From Saccostrea echinata (lineage: Eukaryota): 64,000 bases of DNA. This document shows, piece after piece, positions 1 to 13,456 of this stretch; the stretch's first letter is position 1; the number at the start of each line of letters is the position of its first letter. The DNA lies in contig NW_026889796.1 in the NCBI RefSeq assembly GCF_033153115.1, positions 992,001 to 1,056,000 of the forward strand. Direction: 5' to 3'. The notes beneath the pieces are model-generated. The model worked only from the letters and a program-made list of their open reading frames with translations. It was not told where the DNA came from and did no database searches. The position numbers were made by a program, and so were the translations under genes.

Positions 1-1880
1 TTCATAGGGAGAATCCATCATCATGTCATATTACTCCGTTAATCGTACTAGTCTGGTGTGTTCTACTGAATGGCCATTACTTTTTTATTTCTCAATGAAA
101 TTTTGCCAATTTGGAATTATTTTGCTTGCAATAGCATGTACTTTCTACATGTAAAGTGATAAAATACAAGAGGACTAAAATTTTCATAGGGAGAATCCAT
201 CATCATGTCATATATTACTCGTTAATCATACTAGTCTGGTGTGTTCTCTTGAATGGCCATAACTTTTTTATTTCTCAATGAAATTTTGCCAATTTGATAT
301 TATTTTGCTTGCAATAGCATGTACTTTCTAAATGTAAAATGATAAATTGTAAGAGGACTGAAATTTTCATAGGGAGAATCCATCATCATATTATACTCTG
401 TCAATCGTACTTAATTGTGTGTTCTCTTGAATGGCCATAACTTTTTTATTTCTGAATGAAATTTTGCCAATTTGATATTATTTTGCTTGCAATAGCATGT
501 ACTTTCTAAATGTCAATTGATAAATTGTAAGAGGACTGAAATTTTCATAGGGAGAATCCATCATCATATTATACTCTGTCAATCGTACTTAATTGTATGT
601 TCTCTTGAATGGCCATAACTTTTTTATTTCTGAATGAAATTTTGCCAATTTGATATTATTTTGCTTGCAATAGCATGTACTTTCTAAATGTCAATTGATA
701 AATAATTGTAAGAGGACTGAAATTTTCATAGGGAGAATCCATCATCATGTCATATTACTCCGTTAATCGTACTAGTCTGGTGTGTTCTACTGAATGGCCA
801 TTACTTTTTTATTTCTCAATGAAATTTTGCCAATTTGGAATTATTTTGCTTGCAATAGCATGTACTTTCTACATGTAAAGTGATAAAATACAAGAGGACT
901 AAAATTTTCATAGGGAGAATCCATCATCATGTCATATATTACTCGTTAATCATACTAGTCTGGTGTGTTCTCTTGAATGGCCATAACTTTTTTATTTCTG
1001 AATGAAATTTTGCCAATTTGATATTATTTTGCTTGCAATAGCATGTACTTTCTAAATGTAAAATGATAAATTGTAAAAGGACTGACATTTTCATAGGGAG
1101 AATCCATCATCATATTATACTCTGTCAATTGTACTGGTATGTTCTCTTGAATGGCCATAACTTTTTTATTTCTGAATGAAATTTTGCCAGTTTGATATTA
1201 TTTTGCTTGCAATAGCATGTACTTTCTAAATATAAAATGATAAATTGTAAGAGGAGTGAAATTTTCATAGGGAGAATCCATCATCATATTATACTCTGTC
1301 AATCGTACTGGTGTGTTCTCTTGAATGGCCATAACTTTTTTATTTCTGAATGAAATTTTGCCAATTTGATATTATTTTGCTTGCAATAGCATGTACTTTC
1401 TAAATGTAAAATGATAAATTGTAAGAGGACTGAAATTTTCATAGGGAGAATCCATCATCATATTATACTCTGTCAATCGTACTGGTGTGTTCTCTTGAAT
1501 GGCCATAACTTTTTTATTTCTGAATGAAATTTTGCCAATTTGATATTATTTTGCTTGCAATAGCATGTACTTTCTAAATGTAAAATGATAAATTGTAAGA
1601 GGACTGAAATTTTCATAGGGAGAATCCATCATCATATTATACTCTGTCAATCGTACTGGTGTGTTCTCTTGAATGGCCATAACTTTTTTATTTCTGAATG
1701 AAATTTTGCCAATTTGATATTATTTTGCTTGCAATAGCATGTACTTTCTAAATATAAAATGATAAATTGTAAGAGGAATGAAATTTTCATAGGGAGAATC
1801 CATCGTCATATTATACTCTGTCAATCGTACTGGTGTGTTCTCTTGAATGGCCATAACTTTTTTATTTCTGAATGAAATAT
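1..1880. repeat. Satellite DNA array, ~174-183 bp monomer, about 10.5 copies, running off the window start
   Basis: Monomer start TTCATAGGGAGAATCCATC at 1, 183, 366, 544, 725, 907, 1090, 1264, 1438, 1612 and 1786; the last copy is truncated near 1878. Confidence 0.97.
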
Positions 1881-2281
1881 TAAAGTAATGATTTTAAAAT
1901 GTTAAGTTTGCAATGAATTATATGGCAAAAAGCTTTCAAAAATAATTTTAACCCTTGACTGTATTAGATTAAAAGAAGATGGACTGTTTTTCCCTGTACA
2001 TTAAAGAGAAAAAAACAATTTCCATTCTCCTGTAGGATAAAATATTCTATAAATCATTTTGTTAGAGAACTTTTAATCCTATTAGTGACAATTATAGAAC
2101 TTCTTGTCCTATTTCACAAATTATGGGATAAAAAATCCCATGTAAGGTTAAAAATGGGAGTTTTGCTTCTATAGGAGAAAAAATCCCACAGAACTCATTT
2201 TTCTCCCACAGAATAATGGTGGGATATTAGTTAGGAGAGAAAATCCCACCATAGTCCCATGGGATTTCTTGATTGCAGGTG
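1881..2281. mobile_element. Probable right arm of a non-autonomous TIR transposon (CMC/EnSpm-like) adjoining the satellite
   Basis: Clustered short ATGGGA/TCCCAT/TAGGA/TCCCAC motifs at ~2025-2265 ending in TTGCAGGTG, the layout of a subterminal-repeat arm. The left end is not in the window. Confidence 0.4.
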
Positions 2282-3059
2282 TAATATCTTTTAATCTAGA
2301 AGATATTCAGGTGTAAAGGTTAGTCCATGTTGTGCGATTAAAAAAATCCCACCAGATGACATAAATGGTTTCCATGTATCTTTGGAAAAGTGGTTGGCGA
2401 AAGTCCGGACAAATGTCGTGTCCGGAGTTAAATGTCGCACTGTTATAGGCATTTGGATAAATTGTTTCTTCCCTGTGTTTCAATAGCTTTGTGAAACCTT
2501 TATACCTGTTGTTAGATCTATTTAAAGCTTTTTCACGAAATTTCAGTATTTGAATTCATATTACAAGAAAGCAATAATATAATTAAATACAGTATACAAT
2601 ATGATTTCATAATTTTTAACAATTTTTAAATTTATTTGAATATTCAAAGTTTTAAAATTACAGCCTACATATAATTTTGAAGCATAAAAATTATGCTGAT
2701 AATTGTGATTAAATAGGGAAATTAATATCTATTCCATACTTCCCTTTCGACTTCAGTTCAATTAAATTAATTCTACAATTCAGGTTTTTACGAAAATCGG
2801 AAATAGGGAATATTTTATTTTCGAAAATTATGAATTTAAATAGAGACAAGCGGTCATATTTCCCCGTAAATTCACTACATTAGTTTTGCCCATATCATTT
2901 TCAATTCTAATAACAGTATACAATCTCTATTCATTTCTTGCATTTAGTGAATTTATTATAAATTTATTACCGGGTATTTTGAACTGGCTATGGATACCCT
3001 TCAATACCCCCTCCTTTCTTAATATTTTTTGTTAGCGGGCAAGATGCTTCTTTCAAGTA

Positions 3060-3370
3060 AGACTAGAGCTGTCTTTTCTTATCCTAGCTTTTATCCTCGT
3101 ATATAATGACCTTGAGACATGGTAAGATCACCTATAAACTTTGTGTCAAGTATATGGACTCCTGCAATCTCTGCAGTGCATAGTTATAGCCAAGAGTTTT
3201 GTAACCATGACCTTGAACAAATGAACCTGGCTCAAGGTCATGACACACCGATAGATCAAAAACAACATAATTATTTCCAGTATTTCGATCTTCATTGAAA
3301 AATTCCACAAAGTTAAGGGTCCTATGTACTCCACCATAATTTACAAAGTCTTTCATGGTATACACTTTAT
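3060..3370 (-). mobile_element. Degenerate HINE/Helentron-type non-autonomous element fragment
   Basis: ACTAGAGCT terminus and TGACCTTGA/TCAAGGTCA core motifs resembling the other HINE-type copies in the window. Confidence 0.4.
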
Positions 3371-4541
3371 ATAGACAAACAATGTTGAAACCACTTGCAC
3401 TGCAGTGACTACACATGTATATGCAGTGTCCCTTAATGACGATTGTATAGGCTATAGGACTAGAATCAGTTCCCCTGACCAATGGGGTCACCTGGTAACC
3501 GGTCACTGACTCTGTACTAGGCGATCAGTGCCCAGTAAGTGTAAAGAGTCCTTGGGTTTGTGATATACCTGTAATCCATCTGAACCAAATTCAAACTAAA
3601 TCAAATCGCTTTTAAAAAGAACAAGGTAATGTTTTACTTGTGTTCACTGCAAACAAATATTTGGTTATCTAATTGAAGCCGTGATCGCGTGGGGTCATTT
3701 AAGGTGAAGAGATTCCATACTGACCCCAAATTATATGAATAGGACTTTTGTGTAACTAGAAGCCAGTTGCACACTTGGGTTTCAGTAGACTACAGTCCCC
3801 TGGAAGCCTTGCTTCAGATGTTAAAGTGTTGAATACATGCACATCGGTCACTTTGATTATTGGAAGAATTTTGGGTATTTGTTAAACTTAATTGAACATT
3901 TTATTTAGAGGAGACAGGCAATGAATTCTTCTCTATTTGATCTTCTTCTAATCCTTGCACAGATCTTTGTACTTAAATGGCGTTCAATTTCTGTCTTTTT
4001 TCCCTCCCCTAACAGTTTCTTATGTCAGCTCTTGGTATCTGTGAATTTATAGTCAGACGCGTGAGCTTTTCATAGTTTAATACTTTAATAATGTGTATTT
4101 AACAGGCAGCAGGTTCATATCAAACCACACGCACAGGCCTTCCAATGACCCTCCCAAAGACAATTTGCGGCACAAGAATTCGTTCATATATAGGTCCTTG
4201 CTTCAGACAGTGGCTTTAATGCACTTTACCAAACCACTTTGCGTGTCGGAAATCAGACCAATTCTGATCAGTACGTACGAATTTTCTCCAAGACAGTTTC
4301 CTATTGAACTCATTATAAGCTTTCATGATACAAACTCTGCAAATGGAATCATGCATAATCTTTATTTTTCATATTTTGCAAATTACGATAAGTAATTTTT
4401 ATATACGTATTCTAATTGTACATTTGTATCATAAACAGTAGGTCTTTTTAAAGTTATTTTGATTTAGAAGAAATTGCTTTTTTTTTTGAAAAATTATACT
4501 TTAAAAACGAAATCTTCTACTAATATTGCTGAAACAACAAC

Positions 4542-4684
4542 NNNNNNNNNNNNNNNNNNNNNNNNNNNNNNNNNNNNNNNNNNNNNNNNNNNNNNNNNNN
4601 NNNNNNNNNNNNNNNNNNNNNNNNNNNNNNNNNNNNNNNNNNNNNNNNNNNNNNNNNNNNNNNNNNNNNNNNNNNNNNNNNNNN
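4542..4684. other. Assembly gap (143 N)
   Basis: Run of N. Confidence 1.
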
Positions 4685-5799
4685 AAATTACACCATAACA
4701 TGCATATCCGCAGCGCTAATTTAGTCCGTTCGTATTACGAAAATGTTCAGTGAAGGATAGGAAAACTGGGTCACATTATCATTAGAAGTGAATAATAGTA
4801 ATTAAATGTTCAATAATTACATACGCATACCATCAAGTATGTAAGTAGAGGGAAAGAATCGTGACTACAGAATCAATTTATACCTTCAGAACGGAAAATC
4901 TATATCATGTTACCCACTAATAATCAGAGTGATGTAACATTTCTATATTGCGCTTATCATATTTGTGTATTTTAAAATAGTTGCTAATTTGGGCACTTCG
5001 TAAGCTTTACATGATGAAATTGTGTGCATTTTTCAATCAGTGAAGTCATAATTGTAAACATAATTAATTAGTAAAGTACATCACCTGTGTGTAATATATA
5101 CTTATATATAAGAAAGATCTTTCGGTGAAAATTTCTCATTTAACATTGATTTTAGTTGTTCCTCCATAGTTGTACTATTGCATTGAAAATATACCAAATA
5201 TGCTGGTGTAACATCTGTATCAACAGGACTATTTTCCAGTATACATTAAGAAATTATACAAAGGTAGCAACTTGATCAATTTGATCTAAGAGAAAAATAC
5301 CTGTATTTTGTTGTTGTTTTTTTTTTCTATAACATTCAGAATTAGCTAAATGTGATTGATAATTACTTTAAAAATGAGCACTTTTTAATCAAGCTTACAT
5401 TTTTTTTTATTAAAAAAATGATAAAAAAAAATAAATAAATAAAAATGCAAGTGGGTAATGGAGTTTGATTTCCTTGTCATGTTCCTTCATTCTTTTTAAG
5501 CCCCCCTCTCCAAATCAGAATTTTGACAGTAAATCTGGATGTTCTTATGGCCAAAATTGTGCTGTGCGTATAACTTATCTTCCCTTATTTTTGAATGATA
5601 TAAAATGCAAAATGTAGCGATAAATTTATTGCATGTTATCTTTAAATTTTCACATATATGCTTAATAGAATTATAAAGACAGGAAAAAGATGCTATCTGC
5701 GACTACACACGTTTTTCATGACTGAACATTTTCACTATTGCATATTTTAAGCAAATCGATTGCGCATTTACTACTGAATAACACCTTTTCAGCCAAATA

Positions 5800-6028
5800 T
5801 GGAAGCAGGGGCGTGGTTCTAAGTCCTGAAGAGCATTGATGTAAAACAATTTTTCATTGGTTGATGAAAAGGTCACCGTGTGTTTTCGTCCAATAAAATT
5901 CGTTTTGCTGACGCACTGCACTAACAGGTAAACAAATCCTGCGTTGACTGCCTCAACGTGTACGCTGGCAAAACAAACGAGAACTGTCAAAGGGATAACA
6001 AGTGTTTCTGCATAGTCTGAGTTTGAAG
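5800..6028 (+). promoter_or_regulatory. Proximal promoter/5'UTR of the MXD gene
   Basis: Locally CpG-richer. GC box GGGGCGTGGT 5808-5817, ATTGG 5856-5860, CCAAT 5890-5894 and forkhead motif GTAAACAA 5928-5935 lie just upstream of the ATG. Confidence 0.55.
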
Positions 6029-9000
6029 ATGGAGAATTGCAATGTGTTTAATATTGAACAATTAATTCAAGCTGCAGAGTATCTGGATAGAAGAGAGAGA
6101 GGTAAATATTGAAAAAAAAATAATTTTGTGTTTCGCCACGTCATTTGGAAGTGTTTTAATTTTTGACAGTTACAAGGAGTACGTGTGAGTTCACATGGAT
6201 TTATCTATTTTTCAGAGGCTGAACATGGTTATGCTTCTACTGCACCTATGCCGGAATATTTAGCTAGCAAAAAGAAAACAAAACCAAAGAAATCTCAGGG
6301 AAATCGGTAAGTGGAAATTCTTCTTTCGATTTTGTTGATTACTCAGCTTTCACGTGTACGAAGCAGTCGCCATTTTGAAATCAGCTGACATAGTCGTTGA
6401 GTTTTATTTCCTTTTGCTTTAGTGTTTTTGATCTGATTATTTTTCTTCATCTATAATTAGCTCATTGAAACATCAAACAATTATTTTCCTTCAGAAGTTT
6501 TGTTCGATTTCGCGTACTTGTTGCATATTTTTGAGTTGCATTAGCCTCCTGCTGACTGTTCATATGACCTACTTCGCCATTTTGATTTCACGAAAATTCA
6601 AAACAAAAACTTTGAGGAGGGATAGGGATATATGGTATTTGTTAAAGTTAATGTCAAATAAAAAACGAATATATCGATATGCTATTTTAAGGTTAAACTA
6701 CAGGGGAGTTCACTCTGATTTTTTAAATTCAGGAGGAAAGCTCTTCGTGTTGTCCAACCGATAGGACACGTAGTAACGGTCGTTTAGGAAAAAGGCGCAC
6801 ATGTGAAATGCATGCTTATATTAAAAGAAACTGAAGTTTTTTTCCCCAAAACATTGAAAAATTTAAATGCAATAGAAAATTATATCAAATATCTTGATTG
6901 TGAACTGAAAAAGGAATAGATAGGCAAGAAACCGCCAAAATAACACAGCCATCTGCTGCTAGGGACAGGTGTTTGAATATTTCCCAATACCAGTCTAGAC
7001 GAACTCCAAAAACAGCGTGAACTCCGAAAACGAAGTCTTTGGCTCCATCATGCATTGCGTCAAAATGGCGTCCGATGTAAACAAACGATGGATTATCGTT
7101 CGCTTTCTCCAAATATACGGCTGCATAATGGCTGTATTTAGTGCAATATTACTTCATTTTATTTTTTGTTCAATGGATAATTGCATTTATTAAATTATTT
7201 TGTGAATATTGACTTATTTATCGCTTCAAACTCTTGCATAATAGTGAATTGGATATACGACATTAAATTCAATACTGCCGGTAAGAAATATTTTCTTATT
7301 AAACTTATTGTCTCCTTGATTTAAATTTTATGTCGTTCCTACACTAAAGGTGCTTCTATTTGTTTTTGAAGACACCCAACTTGTATTTATTTTAATCAGG
7401 AAATGTGCATTTTTCACCACGTTCAGTTTTAAATTCTTCATATTGATAGATACTAGTTTAAAAAATGTGTTCATAATAATATATGTTCGTATATGATAAA
7501 AAAAAATCGGTAAATAACGATGGTAAAAACTTACGCGTCCAATTCAGATGTCGTACACAAATAAAAAACTTGAATGCTAATTTATGTGTAAAATTCAGTC
7601 AAGTTTTTAACAGTTACAATACATATTGTCCCATTTTGCAGATATATCCCTTTTTTATGCATATTTACTTCTCAAAACGTACTATTTTCTCTGTAGTTGA
7701 TCTGACTTGAAACGTTAACTTCGAAAGTAAATATCTCCTTTTTTGCAAATAAAATCAAAAATCTGACAAATACGATCTCTTCCGAAGTCTTTTATTTAGC
7801 ATTTCTGAGTACTGGTATAATTGCCATACTTTCCAAAACTTTGCACGGACAGTATTTGTAGACCCATCATTTTTGCCGAAAAATCGCCATTTTTTGTGTG
7901 TGTGCGCATGCGCGGACTCTTTTTTCGGAGTCTTTTTCAGTCTCAATTTCTTACTTCCGGAAACGCTGTTTTTGGAGTTCGTCTAGACTGAATACGAGAT
8001 CCAAATTTTCATGGCCTCAGAAGTATTTACTATTAATTTAAGAAAAAAAAATTAACAGAAAAAATGAAAGAAAGAAAGCATCATCAATTGAACAGGTACC
8101 ATTTGCACTTGTTGAGCTATTAGGGTCAACAATCCAAACAAAACGATAATCAAGTCTGCAAACCACCATGTCAGGCATGTGCATTTTCTGCACATGTACA
8201 CAACACTGCATTGTTTGTGCACACCCTGAATCTGCAAACTAGCCTAATTATCTTGATAATATGTGATATATCTGGAAAATTGCATTAAGCAGCTGAAATA
8301 ATAGATCAATGATAAAAGACTCCATGTGAAATCTGTTTTTATCGATGAAGTATTTTACATATGAATTCTATTTTCAGGTCTACACACAACGAATTAGAGA
8401 AGAATAGGTGAGTTAAATTACAATCATCTTGAAAACTGTAAACATGCTGGCTCAATGTGGGGCATGTCGGCCAGAACTACAAAAATCTGATAGTGTGTGG
8501 CAGATCACATGATCAAAACATTTAAAAAATCCCTAGCCAAAAGCTGTTTAGCACAAAGTGAACTTGACCCAGATTCTTTTTATATCTCAAGTGGGCGTAA
8601 CTGTACTGGAGAAATTCAGAATACTTAATCAACAGTATTGTGTATTGTTAGCTGGTGAAATGATAAGAGCTGCTAGTCAATATTTATGAACATGCAGTTA
8701 TAGGAGTTTATAGTGTATAAATACACAGCCACAACTGCTTTGTTTTTGTTGACGAGGTTATCAAGTAATAGATGGAGGACTTGGTTAGAGTGACCCAACC
8801 TTGAGCTGGCTAAACGAAATTCAGCCTGTTTTCTATCCAATTTAATTGGCAGGGAAAATATAATGATCCTACAAATGTGGTCATGCACCGAAATCTGCAT
8901 GATCAGCTGTGCTTGCCTTTGAAGTTTGATGTTTACCAAGGAAGAGTAAATAATGTTGGGATATTTCCAAGCTTTAATTGGCCAAAGATATTTTTTTAAA

Positions 9001-10438
9001 CATATGAATGTGATTAGATTAGATATTTACTGTGTGTGCATATTTCATTTTCCAAAATGAATGAAGTTTTTTCTGCTTATTTTTTTTTTTGTAAAAAAAA
9101 ATGTTTATTCATGCTTACATTGACTTTTTTTCACCAATAGGAGAGCACATTTGAGATATTGTTTGGAGAAGTTAAAAGATATTGTGCCCGTTGGTGGTGA
9201 TTCCTCAAGACACACAACCTTGGGGTTATTAACAAAGGCTAAAAGTTTTATCAGAGTAAGTAATCTGTGTTTTGTTGATGTAATCTTTTTAAGGGTTATC
9301 TCACTTAGTGTGACTTCATTTTTTTTTAACAGTAAGTTGTAAACGTGTTATAATGCAAACTGATTTATTCATGATGCCTCCAGGAAATAGGAACTATTAG
9401 TGAAATTCTTTTATCTCATGCAGGCTGGTGTTGATTATATTGAGATATAACTAAATACTTCACATGTTCTGTTCATCTGATAGCAGTAAACTTATGTGAC
9501 AGTATTGTTTAAACGTATTTCAATTATGAGTTATTACAAACTTAAATTATATAATTCATTTTAATTAGAGATCACATTTTTAATACACACATACAAGAAC
9601 ATTTCGTTTTAAATATTTCAAGGTGAAGTATGAATGGAATGCAAAGTATGAAAAAAAACATGCTGACTTTGCAGGATCAATTGCTTTCTTTCTGTAGATG
9701 TTGGAAGACAGAGAAAGGAAAAGTCATTCAGCCAAAGTGCAATTGAAAAGGGAACAGCAACAATTACAGAAGAGATTAGAGTCCCTAATGCAGGGCCAGT
9801 ATAGGCGACAGGAGCGCAGCATCAGTGAATGTAGTGCCACTACCAACTCAACTACCTCCTCAAATTCTGAAACCGGTTCGTACAATTTCTTCAAATTAAA
9901 TTTTGTATACTGCGTGGATTTTTTTTTTTTTTGGCAAAGATTGTTCAGTGTTTGTAGTTTTGTGTAAATACAGAAGATAATTAACAAGCAGGTAGTCAGT
10001 ATGTCAAAGTGTACGTACATAAAATGGGAAATAAAGTGGAAAAGACTCAATAATTTTTTTTTTCTTTGTAATCTGTCTTTGATAGTGGTAGTACCTGTTC
10101 ACAGTTGTGTAGGTCATAAGACACAGTTTACTCTGTGAACTTATATGTGACAAGGTTCTTTCACTGATAAGAAAATGTTTACATCCCTAAATAAATAAAT
10201 ATAAAGTAACCCTTTCATGACTGCCAACCAAACAAATACAGGAAATACTCCTTTCAGTGAAACTGTGTTGATGAAAACATGTTTAGTAAAATATGAATGT
10301 AAAATTTTCTTTCCAGATGAAGTTGACATTTTAGGGTATGGAAGTTCAACAAGTGATACTGATGAAAGCTGTGGCAGCGATGGTTATGATTCCAAACGAT
10401 TAGTATTAAATTCATCTCCATATCCAGAGTCCCTATGA
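6029..10438 (+). CDS. MXI1: Mad/MXD/MXI1-family bHLH-ZIP transcriptional repressor (Max partner), 202 aa, 6 exons
   Basis: Exons 6029-6101, 6216-6306, 8378-8407, 9141-9255, 9698-9875 and 10317-10438 are all GT-AG and join in frame (609 nt). The protein has the Sin3-interaction helix ([25 protein letters not shown]), basic/HLH ([28 protein letters not shown]...[15 protein letters not shown]), a zipper ([15 protein letters not shown]) and a Ser/acidic tail (DEVDILGY). It is co-orthologous to the vertebrate MXD1/MXI1/MXD3/MXD4 group, so the symbol is indicative only. Confidence 0.95.
6991..7990. mobile_element. 1000-bp non-autonomous DNA transposon in MXD intron 2, 28-bp perfect TIR, 5-bp TSD
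   Basis: CAGTCTAGACGAACTCCAAAAACAGCGT (6991-7018) is the exact reverse complement of 7963-7990. AATAC flanks both sides (6986-6990, 7991-7995). Confidence 0.92.
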
Positions 10439-13385
10439 AAATAAATGAGGTCTGCATGTATGTCAAGAGACAGAGGGAAGATTTTTTTTTTCAATTTACT
10501 CTCAGAAAATATGTGTTTGTTTGTGTAAATATATGTGTATGAATGTATTACTTGTAGAGGAAAATTCAACATTTTTTTTAAAAGATCTGTTATACATAGT
10601 GTACAAAGGATTGGAATGTGTATGCTGTTGAAGAAGGGGATGCAATTTTTTTCTGGAGTTGAGAATGAAAAAGTACTAAGTATAGTCATATCTTGTAACT
10701 TTTCTCTTGTGAAGCCAAATATATATATTTCTGACATTTAATTTTTTCCAATGTTGTACAAAGAGCAGTGGACAATATTCTTTAGCCCTTTTCTTCAGCT
10801 TAGGTCTAATCAAGTGTACATTTATAATTCTGAAATCTATTTCTGTTTATTTTGAAAGTGAGTTTTCAAAGCAACACATGTAGCTTTTACAAACTTATAA
10901 CTTTTTAGTACCATATTTAACCTGTTTTTGAAGGAAAATCTAGAGGCAGTAACCATGAATTTAAATAATTTATGAAAGTGACACATATTACTGCAGTCTG
11001 ATTGAATTGAAAAACTGGGTTAGTTAATAATACTCAGTTTGTTTTTTGCATGTTGAAGGGCAATTTTTATTTCCGTACGTCGGTACAGTATGTGCTTTAC
11101 TGCAGAAGTCTTGCCACTTTTTTGGATGGAAAGTACTTTTTAGTTAAGGGGGCAAAATGTTTTTTATATTCTTCTATGATCATCAGGAATATTAGCTACG
11201 CAAATTACGATGTAAAGGCACTATTCAGAATATTTCACTGCTTGAAATACTGTTATTTTGAGGGGGTAAGAAATATTCTTTACCAAATTGGCTTTGTTAA
11301 ATATTCAGGGTTATCTTTTGCTGTTGTGCAAATATTGATCTCAAGAGGAAAAAAAGCTGTCTTATGTAAAGTTGCTGAATGATACGAAGGGTTTATTTCA
11401 ATGCTGGCTCTCAATGATATTACACATCAGGCCAACAAAGGAAGCTATCGTCCACCCAAAGTCTTCTGATGTAACCGGTGTGCCCTGTTTTCAATAAAAA
11501 TGGAACTTCATAGGATTATACAGCATTTTTTCTCCAATATTTTTGTTGATTTTTACGTGTTTGGTTTACCTGTGCAATTAGTGTGGGTTTTATTCCAGAA
11601 GTGAAAGTTATGTATTATTTCAAAGAAAGAGTTTAACTGGATTTTCTGTAAATACAATTTTTGCAAATTCTGTAAAAATTCCAAAATTGGGAAGACTTGG
11701 ATATAAATTTTCCCCAAGGCAGCATACGAAAGGTTTGCAAAAAATTTAAAGACAGAGGTCCGGGGTTATTTTACTGATAAAATTATAATATATTTATGTA
11801 ATTGTATTGCCTGTCCTATTTGTATATAAATAATTTATTTTTATCATGTAAAGTTAACTTATTAAAAAAAACTTTTTAAACTTTGTAGAAGGGAGCATTT
11901 TCTTCTGCACCTTTTAAAACTTTTTTTTGTGGAAATGTTGATCTATGAGACAGACTTTGTCTTGCCAGATTTTCTGCAGTGCAAACAGGGCAAGGAGGAA
12001 AATTTATGTAAATAGAGGTAGTGACAAGATATTTTCTCATGAATCAACATTTTTATTTATCCCTGAAAAAGTTTTACAAAGATTATATTAAATAAAGCTG
12101 TTTACTGTGATAATGGAGGTGAAAGATATTAATAGAAAATCCTTTTCTCTGTTCAGTTACTTTATTGTTTTTTTGTATACAAGAGTGTGAATCGACGAAA
12201 ACCTTTAGAATTATATCCACACACAATTTTGAGTTAAATTGAACAGAGTAAGGAATTTTTGAGGTTGCTACTTACGCAAAAAAGTTTTGTTTTTTTTTTT
12301 TATTCAATGATATCAAATCAAACTTGTTACTCTGACAGATAATTGTCGTATTATTGTGCTATCTTAATATGGACAAATTGGTGCAACATGACCTGTTATT
12401 TCTCAAGAAGAACATTGATCTTCAAAATATAATGCAAAGAAACAGAATATAGTACTATTAGATGTTACAGAAACATTATCAGAATTTTTTTAACAAATGA
12501 AATTGATCCAAGTAACAAGTTTTAAATTTTTTGTGAAACTCTAATCTCTTTAATATTTTGTTAGACAATCAGGAACAAAAAGCAGTTAAAGAAATAATGC
12601 ATGTACATGTGTATATAATATATATATTTGTGAACCAAATCCAGTGATGACGTGAAGAAAGACGCAGTCATTTGTGTATGTTTCCGCCATGTATATCTAT
12701 ATAGAGAATTCCTTGCCATTCCCGGTTAAAAAAATTATGTAATCTCGAGATACACAAGTTATGTTGTGACAAAGCACGTGGAATTAAACAGAAAAAGATC
12801 GGTGCAAAGTGAACAAGTATTAGATTGTGTGAACTTGCTGAGGTTAAAAAAGAAATAATTTTGTATTAACATGCTGACATGCAAACATCATTTTTACCAA
12901 CTAGGTCATTTGATGGCAAATCTGTAAACGGACCGGGATTTAAAAATCCCAAAGTATATTTGGCTGTATATGTTGCATATTTTGTTTTTTCATCTATTGA
13001 GGTACCATGCATGCAGACTAGGTGATAATGTACAGTGGCCATTTTGATCTGCCGAGTTGGACAAAGATTTTATCACAAAATCTGTTCAGATTTTTTTTTT
13101 TTTTTTTTAACTTTGTAAAGAGGTAGATCAAATGGAGAAAAAAGTCATTTTTGTGTGACTTCAGGATTTATTTACATAAAAAAGCTGAAAAAAAAAGAAT
13201 TGTTATTATATAGTGGATGGACACTAGGTATATATATGTATATTGTGTGTATGTGATAAATATGAATGATCAATGTGTAAGTTAGTTCAAACCCATAGAA
13301 ATCATTGTGTATACTTGTCAAGTTGTCCATTATTGTTTTACCCAGAAATGGGAAATAAAATTTTATTGAAATCTAACAATCTTTT
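10439..13385 (+). other. Probable long 3'UTR of the MXD gene
   Basis: U-rich, repeat-free stretch with several TGTANATA motifs. AATAAA at 13354-13359 is followed by a T/GT-rich downstream element; alternative AATAAA near 11493 and 12092. Confidence 0.6.
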
Positions 13386-13456
13386 AATGTTTTTGTTTAC
13401 ATGCAATGCTTACTTGTAAGCAGTAAGTAGTGCAAGAAAACCAAGGTATGCTTTAA

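Noticed and set aside
4474-4753. ORFs spanning the N run
   Set aside because: Artefacts of the assembly gap.
9675-9697. Alternative upstream acceptor (TTGCAG) for MXD exon 5
   Set aside because: It adds 23 nt and shifts the frame before the zipper; at most an unproductive isoform.
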